Assembly (NCBI RefSeq): GCF_001194135.2
Contig: NC_068981.1
Location: 96,228,820 to 96,284,098 of the forward strand
Source of the DNA: Octopus bimaculoides
Taxonomy: Eukaryota
DNA: 55,279 bases
Direction of reading: 5' to 3'
Position numbers and translations under genes: made by a program. This document shows, one piece after another, positions 11,788-22,292 of the stretch. The notes below the pieces were generated by a model. The model worked only from the letters and a program-made list of their open reading frames with translations, had not been told where the DNA came from and searched no databases. The first letter of the stretch is position 1; each line of letters starts with the position of its first letter.

Positions 11788-11898
11788 CCTTCCATCCAAA
11801 TTCTTGAACAATAAGGTTCAATTCTTGAACCTTCCATCCAAATTCTTGAACAATAAGGTTCAATTCTTGAACCTTCCATCCAAATTCTTGAACAATAA
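11788..11898 (+). repeat. Perfect 42-bp tandem repeat, 2.6 copies
   Basis: Unit CCTTCCATCCAAATTCTTGAACAATAAGGTTCAATTCTTGAA starts at 11788, 11830 and 11872 (partial). Confidence 0.95.
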
Positions 11899-11989
11899 TT
11901 GATTTTTCTTTTAGGTACATTTTCTCACACTAGAATTAAAAATCTATCATTTTTCACCTCTAATTCTTTCCTTTCTCTTTTCACCCCAA

Positions 11990-13320
11990 CTACATCTTTT
12001 TACTCTCATACTTTGGATCACCATCAACTCTCAAATCATATCTCCTCCTGTGTTGTGAACATATGTCTCACTTCACTCCTCTCCAAGCACATTGTTCTTG
12101 ACTACTTCAATACTCACAACTCCTCTTGACTCTCACACTCACTCCATATTAATGTCATCAGTGCAGAAAGTGAATCTTATGTAATCTTCAATTCAATTAC
12201 ATGCCCAGACATTATACCTTTTCATATCAGCTAACCAGACAGCTACTAACTAGCCTAGGCAAAATGTGTGCTTCACTCCTGACCAATCAGAGACAAGTAT
12301 GTTACTGAAACAGGCATGATCCTCCACACCCTATACAGCGATAAACCCTGTAACCCAAGATCCCCATCAGATGAAGCAAAAAATAATACCTGAAGAAATT
12401 TACCACCCCCCAAAACCTAGGTAGCATTTACTCAGTACAGCAACTTTTGCTAGACCACTGCCTGACCTCTGAAAGATGCCTCTGTGCATCTCACAACTCT
12501 CCAGCTCTCCCACCTCCCAAACAGCAGCCATTTTTTCTGGACTTTTGCCAAAAAGATCGCCCACCAATTTTGCGGAATCCTTTCCACCTTTGCTTCCCCA
12601 TACCAAGCAAACTCTTCAATCTTTCCCTCTCTATAAATATATACCCTCACTTTGAAAAAAGTGTGTCCCATTCCTTAAAAGAGCAACTCTTCAAACTCTG
12701 CCAACTATCATCATATCATACACAATTCCAATATCTCAAAGGTAATGGGAACAATAATTAACAACATTTTCTAACACTTTAAATCTTTCTTTCTTCATTA
12801 GCTACCAATGCAGCTTTCATTAAACAGATCTACTGATCTATTGATAACCTACTCTCTAATGTCACTCGCCAGTAGGCTCTCACCTTAGATAAATTTGATA
12901 GAAGCAATGTTGGTTGTTAAACTCAACATCAGCAAAGTTTTTGACTGTGTATAGCATGTAAATGGATTTCATACATCATTCATTTCTTAGATCATTAGCT
13001 TCCTATCAGATTATACTATCACTTCCTGTGCTAATGAAATTCTCTCGTTCAACTCTTCACCCTCACACTCTTCCTCCTATACAACAATGATTTATTTGCC
13101 ATCATAAATAACACACATTCTTACTCAGATGATTCTACCTTTCCCCAACTAAGCATCTTCTACATGCAACCGGGACATCTCATGCTGTATATACACTGAC
13201 TCCATAAATAGAGACTTCAAAAATATCTTCCGATTGGGTCATGCCAGTCTTGAGTCTTTCAACAGCAAAAAGACACAAGCACTGCTCACATTAAGAAAAT
13301 ATTATAACATCTTATCCCCC
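11990..13320 (+). mobile_element. Old CR1/Jockey-like LINE relic, left part; continues at 17077-17560
   Basis: Decayed IVLDYFNTHN (EN), STSAKFLTV (cf. DISKAFDRV), YNNDLF...HSYSDDST (RT) and NSKKTQ; right part has MEYCPHIW...LDFIQRKA. Confidence 0.55.
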
Positions 13321-13440
13321 TTAACCCTTTAGCATTTAAACTGGCCATATCCAACCCAAATATCTTACCTGTTTTACAATCAAATCAGCCAGATCTCATC
13401 TATCACACCAACCCTAAAATGTCATTCTAAAAATATACAA

Positions 13441-13630
13441 TATAGGCACAGGCATGGCTGTGTGGTAAGAAGCTTGCTTCCCTACAACATGGTTCTGGGT
13501 TCAGTCCTACTGCATGACACCTTGGGAAAGTGTCTTCAATTATAGCCTGGACCCAACCAAAACCTTGTGAGTGGATTTGGTAGACAGAAACTGGAAGAAG
13601 CCTGTTGTATACATACACACACGCACACAC
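13441..13630 (+). mobile_element. tRNA/CORE-like SINE (family A), 5' half; 3' half at ~16735-16960
   Basis: TGGCTGTGTGG A box, GGTTCAGTCC B box, CACCTTGGGAAAGTGTCTT core; split at its internal microsatellite compared with the intact copy at 36344-36720. Confidence 0.8.
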
Positions 13631-13777
13631 ACATATGTATTTATTTTCTCCTCGTTAAGAAATAACTCGGATAAAATAAATTGGTTAACAGATACCAGGG
13701 TAGCAAAGATCACAAAATGACTGTGGTGTAACTCCTGTTTATGAGGTATAAACTCCTTGTTATTTTGGGTACTTGAG

Positions 13778-13915
13778 TATATATAAATTTAGTAAATGGA
13801 GTGAAACGCATATGTTAACTGCATACTTTTATTTCCAACATATGTTGGAAATAAATGGAAATAAAAGTATGCAGTTAACATATGCGTTTCACTCCATTTA
13901 CTAAATTTATATATA
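13778..13915. repeat. Perfect 60-bp inverted repeat with an 18-nt spacer and a nested 28-nt palindrome
   Basis: 13778-13837 is the exact reverse complement of 13856-13915; TTTATTTCCAACATATGTTGGAAATAAA (13828-13855) is itself a perfect palindrome. Confidence 0.95.
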
Positions 13916-13920
13916 TATAT

Positions 13921-16610
13921 CATCATCATCATCGTTTAACATCTGTTTTCTATGCTGGCATGGGTTGGACGGTTTGACTGGGGTCTGGCAAGCCAGGAGG
14001 CCACACCAGGCTTCAGTCTGATCTGGCAATGTTTCTTCGGCTGGATGCCCTTCCTAACGCCAACCACTCTGAGAATGTAGTGGGTGCTTTTTACATGCCA
14101 CCGGCATGGGAGCCAGTTAGGCGGCACTGGCATCAACCACATTCAGATGGTGCTTTTTATGAGCAACCGGCACAGGAGCTGATCGGGGCAAGGGGGCTAG
14201 CATCGACCATGTTCGAATGGTGCTTTTTACACCTGACTGGCACAGGGAGCCAGTCAGGTGGCATTGGCAATGACCCACACATGAATTGTGCTTATAGCAT
14301 ACCACCAGCATAGGAGCTAGTAAGGTGGCACTAGCAACAATCCATGCATGAATGATGCTTAACGCATGCCACCAGCATGGGAGCCAGTCAGGTGGCACTG
14401 GCATCAGCCACAACTACAATTTCCATTTGATTGTGGTTTCATTTGACTTTGATTTTGATGTACTTGACTCAATAGGTCTCCTCAAGCATTGCATGTCGTC
14501 TGACGATCCAAAGGTACTTTTTTAAGTAGGCTGGTTATGCAACATTGGTGTAGGCTACGGCTGTGATTTCACTTTACTTGCTGGGTTTTCTCAGTCACAG
14601 CATATCTCCAGAGGTCTCAGTTTCCCATCATTGCTTCTGTGAGGCCCACATTCAAAGGTCATGCTTCACCACTTCATCCCATGTCTTCCTGGGTCTCCCT
14701 CTACCACGGGTTCCTTCCACTGTTTGGGAGTGACACTTCTTCACACCTCTCCTCATCCATCCATAGTACATGACCATACCAGCACAGTCGTCTCTCTTGT
14801 ACACCACATCTGATGCTTCTTATGTTCAACATTTCTCTCAGGGTGCTTACACTCTGTCGTGTGTGCACATTGACAATACACTTCCAGTGAATCATGCTAG
14901 CTTCATTTCTTTCAAGCCTATGCATATCTTCAGCAATCACAGCCCATGTTTCACTGCCATGAAGCATGGCAGTTCACACACATGCATCGTACGATTTACC
15001 TTTCACTCTGAGTGAGAGGCCCTTTGTCACCAGTTGAGGTAGATTTCTGAACTTTGCCCAGGCTATTCTTATTCTAGTGGTAACACTTTCTGAGCATTCA
15101 CCCCCATGACAGACTTGGTCACCTAGGTAGCAGAAGCTATCAACTACTTCTAGTTTCTCCTCCTGACTTGTGATGGAATCTGTTTTCTGAGCATCTGTGG
15201 TGTTTATTGCCCCTGTGCATCTGCCATATACGAGAGCTGTCTTCCCAGTTAACCTTCCTTTGATGTTGCTGCACTCTTATGCATCCATAGCTTACACCGG
15301 GTACATTTTATTAAGTGTCTACCTACACATTTTCTACAGATCAAGCATGGCCATCTACCTGATGGGATTTGTGATGTGTTCGCCTTCCGACTTACTAGGA
15401 CTTTAGTTTTTGCGACATTGACTCTAAAGTCCTTCGATTCTAAACCTTGCTTCCACACCTGAAATTTCTTCTCTAGTTCTGGTAGTGATTCTGCTATGTG
15501 AGCCAGGTCATCAGCATAGAGGAGCTCCCAGGGGCAACCTGTCTTGAATTGCTCTGTTATTGCTTGGGGCACTATGATGAATAAGAGGGGGCTGAGGGCT
15601 GATCCTTGGTGGACCCCTACTTCTGCCCATAATTCTTCACTATACTCATTGCCAACCCTAACATTACTAACGGCATCTTTGTACAGGGCCTGTACAGCCC
15701 TTATTAACCATTCATCAATCCCTAGTTTCCACATTTCCCACCAGATAAGGGATCAGGGGACCCTGTCAAAGGCTTTCTCCAAGTCCACAAAAGCCAAGTA
15801 TAGGGGTTTATCTTTGGCTAGGTATTTCTCCTGCAGTTGCTGTACCAGGAATATACCATCAGTGGTGCTTCTACCTGGCACAAAGCCGAACTGCATCTCA
15901 TCTAAGCAGACACTCTCCCTAATTATTTGGGCTATGACCCTCTCCGTGACCTTCATCACCTGATCCAGCAGTTTGATACCCCTGTATTTATTTCTATCTA
16001 AAACATCACCTCTACCTTTGCAGCAGCTGACTATCGAACTGCTACACCAGTCATTGAGTATGACTCCTTCATGAACTACCTGGTTTACTATGTGGGTGAC
16101 CAGGCCATAACCCACACCACCAGATATTTTAAGCATCTCAGCAGTGATTCTTGGTGGGCCGGAGGCTTTTCCTGACTTCATATCCTTAATTGCTTTATCT
16201 ACCAGGGTGCTGTCTATTTGGATAGCTGGTCCTTCTACTGGGCCAACATTTGGCAGGCTCTCCTCCTCCCATTCATTCTCCACATTCAGCAGCCTTTCAT
16301 AATGGCTTCTCCAAGCCTCTTTCTTTTCAGAATCATTAATAAAAGCAAGTGCACCATCTTCCATGCAGACACATTTCTCTCCTGTGACATCACAATTTTC
16401 TCTCACACACTGTCTTGCAATCCGAAATACTTCAGTTCTTTGGTCCTCACGTCGCTGAACATTGGCAAACTTCTTTTCTGCTTCTCCCTTGGCTATATAT
16501 ACTTCTCACCCAGCCTCCCTTCTGGCTATCTGGCACAGTTCTCTGCAACCTCCACTCTTCCAGGCTTTCCAGGCCTATTGCTTTGCTCTAATGGCTTTGT
16601 GTACAGTACG
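13921..16610 (-). mobile_element. RTE family-A LINE, 5'-truncated (RT, Cys-rich insert, tandem-repeat 3'UTR, GAT tail)
   Basis: ORFs 15753-16406 (YRGIKLL, QFGFVPGRSTTD, FVDLEKAFDRVP), 15249-15734 (GVHQGSALSP, LLYADD) and 14701-14967 (HGSETW, RLCWYGHV). Confidence 0.92.
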
Positions 16611-16613
16611 TTA

Positions 16614-16694
<81 letters not shown>

Positions 16695-17066
16695 TGTATG
16701 CATGTATGTATATGTATATGTATCTATGTGTGTGTATCTTTGTATCTGTGTTTGTTGCCCCCATCACCACTTGATGTTGGTATGTTTATGTTGCAGCAAC
16801 TTAGCAGTTCAGCAAAAGGGACCAATAGAATAAGTACTAGGCTTAAGAATATGTACTAGGTTTAAGAAATAAGTCATGGGATCGACTTATTCAACTAAAA
16901 CCCATCAAGGCAGTGTGTTTTAGCATGGCTGCAGTCAAATGACTGAAACAAGTAAAAAAAAAAAAAAAAAGAATCATATCATCAAAATCTTTAAGTTACA
17001 AGATTATACATGATTATTCAAAACAAGGAAAATGAATAAGCATTATATTTGACAAAATAATCTGAA

Positions 17067-17163
17067 TGCTAAAGGGTAAACATAAGTGGTATGCAACTAG
17101 AAACTTCACAATCACTGCTAAAGGGTAAACATAAGTGGTATGCAACTAGAAACTTCACAATCA
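17067..17163 (+). repeat. Perfect tandem duplication (48-nt copies, period 49) over the MITE right end
   Basis: TGCTAAAGGGTAAACATAAGTGGTATGCAACTAGAAACTTCACAATCA at 17067-17114 and 17116-17163. Confidence 0.95.
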
Positions 17164-18691
17164 TTCCAAATGCTAGCTCTCACTATGCCCCAAAATTTCT
17201 TCAGGTGAATGCACAAACAAAGCAAGGATTGCATCTCAAAGATGGGTCCTTCCTTTTGAAGCCAGAAAATACTTCAGCTGCAACAATTACTAACCCTCTA
17301 AAAACTCAGGGGAAACCCACAATGGAGTACTGCCCTCACATCTGGGACAGTGCTGCCGCTGCCCTTCACACAGACATCCTAGATTTCATCCAAAGAAAGG
17401 CCTTGACACAACTCATAGCTCATAAATATACTGACTTCTCTCTTTACCTTTTCTATCTTCTATAATAGCTTCCACTTCTCCATTCAAGTACTCCCAACTC
17501 GTCCATCACTCCTCTTCTTAGCATTCACCTAAAGGCCCTGCACTACATCCATTTCTTCTTTCTTAAGATGTCAATCTCTGGAATCTCCTCACTGCTCATG
17601 TCTTTCTAGTAGGGTAGTTGCTGACTAGCAGCATCTTAAGTGAAACATTAACAGCATCAAACTCACTGGTTTCAGAAGACCTTTAATGGTCCAAGGCCCA
17701 ACTTTCATATCTAGTAAGCAAAAGATCCACTATCTCCTAGCTGGTTTACACTTGTCTTAAGGACAGCAGAGCAGTGATTTTTGAAGTGGTAAGGGAGGCA
17801 GAAAATGCTTCATCATGGATATGGCAGACATGTGTGAGAGAAAGATTAAATCCTCAGTGAATAGTAAAACAAAATAGTTGCTTGAAGTTTGGGGCTGGGG
17901 GTTAGTTGCATTCATCTTGTAGTACCTTCATGGATGTTGGAAAGAAAAAGCATGCTACAGCAGGAGTGGGACCAAAAGAACTTGAACATTTCCAAGTAGC
18001 ATCAATGCTACTTGACACTGTTGAAGGGATCAAAGTTGTTGGAAATCTTAGTGATCTCTAGTCAACTGATGGAAGGATGCTTGCAATGTAAGCTATATGT
18101 AAAATATTGTTTTAGCAAGGTAGTAAGTTGATGTGATTCAGTTTAGATTCTAATTGCAATAATTTATTCCACTTAATTTAAGTCTCATCTCATCACTAAA
18201 ATTTATTTTAAAAAATATCAAGCTTCATTTCGGTTGATTGTAAGGGGAGAGTAAAGTCCGTATATAGCTTGCCAACCGCAGAGAGGAAAGTGAGTACATA
18301 TATATATATATATAGATATTAGATCTTTAAGAAGTGGAATTTAGTAACTGTTGGAAACAAATAGCTAATAAGTGATGAACAGAAAATAGGTAGAAACCAA
18401 AATGTTTACATTTTAAGGAATTTATAAAGATTAGCGTCGACAGTTAACATTAATTTTTCCACGTATACATATTGGATTAGCTCCAGCTATTTCAAGAAAT
18501 AAAATAATAGTTTGTGTTTTTTTTCTAAAATAGGAAGAAAAAAAAAGAATATATGGATAATTAACTAAAGAGAAAAACGTTAATGAAAATTGAATTAGTA
18601 AAGACGAAAGTCGACTTTAATAATAAGAGTACTTCTCAATTGACACGAATGCGCCATTTGAGTGAGAGAGAGAGAGTGAGTGAATATTTGC

Positions 18692-18740
18692 TATAAAAGG
18701 AAGTCAGCATGTTTGGTATGCCCATATATAGCAGTTGCTA
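18692..18740 (+). promoter_or_regulatory. Cofilin core promoter: TATA box and Inr-like element
   Basis: TATAAAAG at 18692-18699; GCAGTT (TCAGTT-like initiator) at 18731; about 390 nt upstream of the ATG. Confidence 0.5.
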
Positions 18741-19056
18741 GCAGACTCGTGACTCACTATTACTGGTTAGATCTTTGGAAATTGACAGGTTGCTCCCCCG
18801 GAACCGAACCGAATCGAAATTTTGTTAGTGAATATTATTTTGTATATTTTAGTGCAGTATTTTGGATACGACAAAGTGATTAATCTCATTGTTGCAGATC
18901 TTATCAGAGCAGTGGTAACTTTAAAAGATAATTCAACTTACAAATTTTCTATCAAATATAGAAAGCTGTTTGCTCTCATCTCCTGCTGCTACTGTCTAGC
19001 GGTATATACAACGAGCTTTGTACACTGGTTCAGTGTTTTTTTTCTCTCTCCTGTAT

Positions 19057-19079
19057 TACTAACCTCATTTCTCTGTAAG
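19057..19079 (+). promoter_or_regulatory. Branch point and 3' splice site of a probable 5'UTR intron of cofilin
   Basis: TACTAAC at 19057-19063 within a pyrimidine tract, TAAG| at 19079, then GAAAAC-ATG. Donor not fixed (candidate GTTAGT at 18824). Confidence 0.65.
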
Positions 19080-19085
19080 GAAAAC

Positions 19086-19378
19086 ATGTCTTCGGGAATT
19101 ACAGTGTCCCAGGAAGCAATTGATAAATTTCTAGATATTAAATCTCGCAAAAAGACTCGGTATTGTATGTTCCATCTAAGTGAGGATCACACTACAATCG
19201 TACCAGGTGCGTGTGTTTCAAAACCGGATAAATTAGACCTCGGTATAGATGCTGTGAAGAAAGAATGGGAAGAGTTCTGTGCGAATTTACCGGAAAAGGA
19301 TTGCTACTATATTATATATGATCTGAATTACCAAAAAAATGGGGGAGCACGAAGAGATAAAATACTGTTTGTGTGTTG
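19086..19378 (+). CDS. CFL: ADF/cofilin (actin-depolymerising factor), coding exon 1
   Basis: MSSGITVS N-terminus (regulatory Ser3 position), LSED, LPEKDCYYIIYD, KILFVCW; ends TG|GTAAGT (phase-2 donor). Symbol is family-level only. Confidence 0.93.
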
Positions 19379-21824
19379 GTAAGTAATGAAGATGTTACTT
19401 TAATTTTAAATATGTATTATTCTTCCTCAATTTGCCGATTCTTAAACGTGGCTATTTAAAAGCAAAATACTTTGACAATTCACAAAAACTTGTGTTTGAT
19501 TGATCGTTTAACAAAGAATAATTTCGGATAATGGAGCCCTTTTTAACAAGGGAAGTAATTTTGGTTATGAACACTAAAACATAAAGGGGAGGGGTATAGA
19601 AAAAAAATTTGTTTTAAATATTTATCATCCATTTTCTGCTTCACAAATATTTCAACCCTTTTTAGAGGAAATTTTAAAAAACTAATGTTTTCAGGCTAAG
19701 AAAATTACTCTAATCATAAATCAAAAAAAAAAAAAAATTTCCATTAGTCATTAAAAATTTAAATTGTTCTTTTTTTTATATCTTTAAAAATTAATTCTCC
19801 ATTGATGAATACGTTAATAAGAAACAGGACAACTTATGTTGACAAAATGCATTGGGAATCGCACATTCCGAAAAAACGCCAACAAATGGTAGAATGCAAT
19901 GGCCGATTTAATCGACTGGTGCCCGATTAATTACATGTATTTTCACTTAATATTAAATTTTTAATGTCACCGCTTCCAGTTTCCAGTTCATATTTTCTTA
20001 ATTGGCTAAACATACATATCTGACGATATTGGCTGTTTTCAATGAATACACGTCAATAATACATTACATGAACATTTTGTTCGTTGTCTCCTGTAAATTC
20101 ATCCATTTCTTTGTCCGATAATGACTACCTTTTCACCAATATATCTTCTATTCATTGTTAAGATATATAAATTTTTACAGGTGCCGTTTTGCTGTTTATA
20201 TTCAGACTTCACTGAACGCGTTTCTCTAAGAATTTCTACAGCAAAGTGGTTGGTAGCTTTAAAAGATTAACAGTGATGCCACCACCACTTTTCCTTAAAT
20301 TTTGTCGAGCACGTTGAATCAGTAATGTGGTTGTTTCTTGTATTTAATAATTTCTGAGATTAATCAAAGTATACCGATGTAAAATAATTATGCAGAAGTA
20401 CATGGGGGTGGGATTTAAAGATGTACATTAAGAAAACTGTAATAGGGATGTAGTTTTGTAATTTATCATTAATATCTATTAAGTGACATCGACAGCTATA
20501 TTTCCATTCACCGGTTATTAATTTGTAACAACTACATGTTTTTAATTCATTACAAAAGTGAAAGTGGTATGATAGAAAGGATTGGCAAAAGTACAAGTCG
20601 CTTCAACTAGAAGGATGTGGTGGTTGTTCAACCTAATTGAGTGGACAATATGTGTGAAAGCAACCTAGCATACAAAAAAAAGTTATAAATATATTTATTT
20701 GAAATCATGTAATTTAGGAAGCTGTTTTGTAGTATTTCATCAATTTTAGATTATAGGTTTATCCTGCGTCTCTCTTTGACACTAACCAAAATTTTGTTTT
20801 ATTTTTTTCCTATGTTAATTCACATGGTTTTACATTTACTTAGGCGGAAATGGATTTTAAGAGTAGAAATATATAAATCTTTCTTCTACCGTTCTTTTAT
20901 AACCTAGCACCTCCTCTCTCTCTCATTCGGTTTATCTAGAATCCATTGTTGAAATCTGCTTTGCTATTCAGGAGAGTGGCTTTTGTCAATATTCACTTTG
21001 GATACTCTTGTAAATTTTATGGCTTTTTAATGCTTATTATCATGCATTTTTTTTTTTTTTTTTTTTTTTTGTGTTCTAGCATGAAAAATATTGATCTTAG
21101 TGCTTTTTGTAAAATTGATATGCTTAGCGAGTTTCTTGATGTAATTTTGGAAAATTTTTGTGGCTTTAGCTTGTGCGTGTGACGGCGGCGGGTTGGGGGT
21201 TCTGCTTTGACAATCCTCTTACTTCAAAGGTAGTGTAACTAGGACTGTGTCCTTCCGAACGAGGTTGCTTTTATGAAGCCGCTCGATCGTTTAAAAGTAG
21301 CATACGAATTTTCCCAAATCACTTCCAGCCGACTCAAAAACTGAAGAATTATTTAGTATTTAGATAATATGCTGAAGAAAAGTGGGATGGTTAGAGGTCT
21401 GCTTAATCAATTGATTATAGGTCTTAATCAGGATTGATCTGGGGTTAAATAACTTGCTCGTTTGTCTTGCATAATATATAATTTTATGTTATATGATCGG
21501 GCATCTGCTTCCTGTCCTTCCTATCATCTACCTTTTCTTTCTCTTCCGGCTTTTTCCTCATTATTACATATCAGAGCATCTCTGTCGGAGAAGCTCGATA
21601 TTTCATTTCCTGTATAGTAGACTGTATATCTTGGACCGCATCATCTAATGGTGAGCTTCATTTTAAAGGCTACATTTTTTAAATGACATTCATGCAAGGA
21701 TGTACCGTATTCGATGACACCATAAGGCCCACGGGTATACTGTCCTCCTCCCAATTTCAGCATGGAATATTCAAAATCATTTTTGTAAGCATTTAATGTT
21801 TATTGAAATATGTAGCTATAGTAT

Positions 21825-22215
21825 ATATATGTGCCAAACATACAACCAGAACAATAGAGCGGACCTGACGCACAGTCCCCCTCCCCTGAACCGACCCTTT
21901 TTTTCCCCACCGGATTCCCGTGTTTTCGATGACGGAGATTCCGAATATGCAAAAAAAAATTTTTTTGAAATTTTTTATTTTTAACATTTTTTCGAAATTG
22001 AAAGAATATTGAAAAAAAAAATTTAATTTCAAATTTTTTTAATGAAAAACTCCAAAATTGATCCACACCCCCATCCCACTGTCTAAAAGTGAAAATGAAC
22101 GGCTGTTTTATCCGTTTCTGCATGCGTAGATTTATAGTGAAACAGCAAAAGGATCACGGCATGTGGAGCCCTCGCCACGAAACTCGATATGCTGAAAGTA
22201 ACAGCCAAATGTCTG
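21825..22215 (+). repeat. Dispersed non-coding repeat; second direct copy at ~25630-26020
   Basis: Shared blocks GATTCCGAATATGCAAAAAAA, CTCCAAAATTGATCCACA, AAACAGCAAAAGGATCAC and CCACGAAACTYGATATGCT in both copies. Confidence 0.75.
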
Positions 22216-22292
22216 GAGAAATTTTGTGTATGTGCGCGCGCAACAATTTCTACAGCTTATCCGAATGAACAGAGAGAGAAGTACACAGAAAT

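Larger units (their letters stand above)
13325..17076. mobile_element. piggyBac-like MITE (TTAA target, CCCTTTAGCATT TIR) expanded by nested insertions
   Basis: TTAA-CCCTTTAGCATT at 13321-13336 and AATGCTAAAGGG-TAA at 17065-17079; halves 13325-13435 and ~16975-17076 match an uninterrupted copy at 33134-33345. Confidence 0.7.

Noticed and set aside
14084-14415. CRISPR-like repeat/spacer reading of the periodic array
   Set aside because: Units are homologous along their whole length, sit in a LINE 3'UTR of a eukaryote, and no cas genes are present.
18691-18731. SRF CArG boxes at the cofilin promoter (CTATAAAAGG, CCATATATAG)
   Set aside because: Each has a mismatch to CC(A/T)6GG, one is simply the TATA box, and such near-matches are common in AT-rich DNA.
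18822-19085. N-terminal 88 aa of the 186-aa ORF in the track
   Set aside because: Non-ATG start and intron-like composition; a branch point and acceptor at 19057-19079 and the MSSG start at 19086 explain the real gene.
19850-19920. Possible mariner C-terminal remnant (KKRQQMVECNG)
   Set aside because: Too short and isolated to support a call.
21530-21670. Antisense coding-looking stretch (SSPLDDAVQDIQSTIQEMK...) in the cofilin intron
   Set aside because: Only ~44 codons, bounded by stops, weak acceptor, no recognisable homology.
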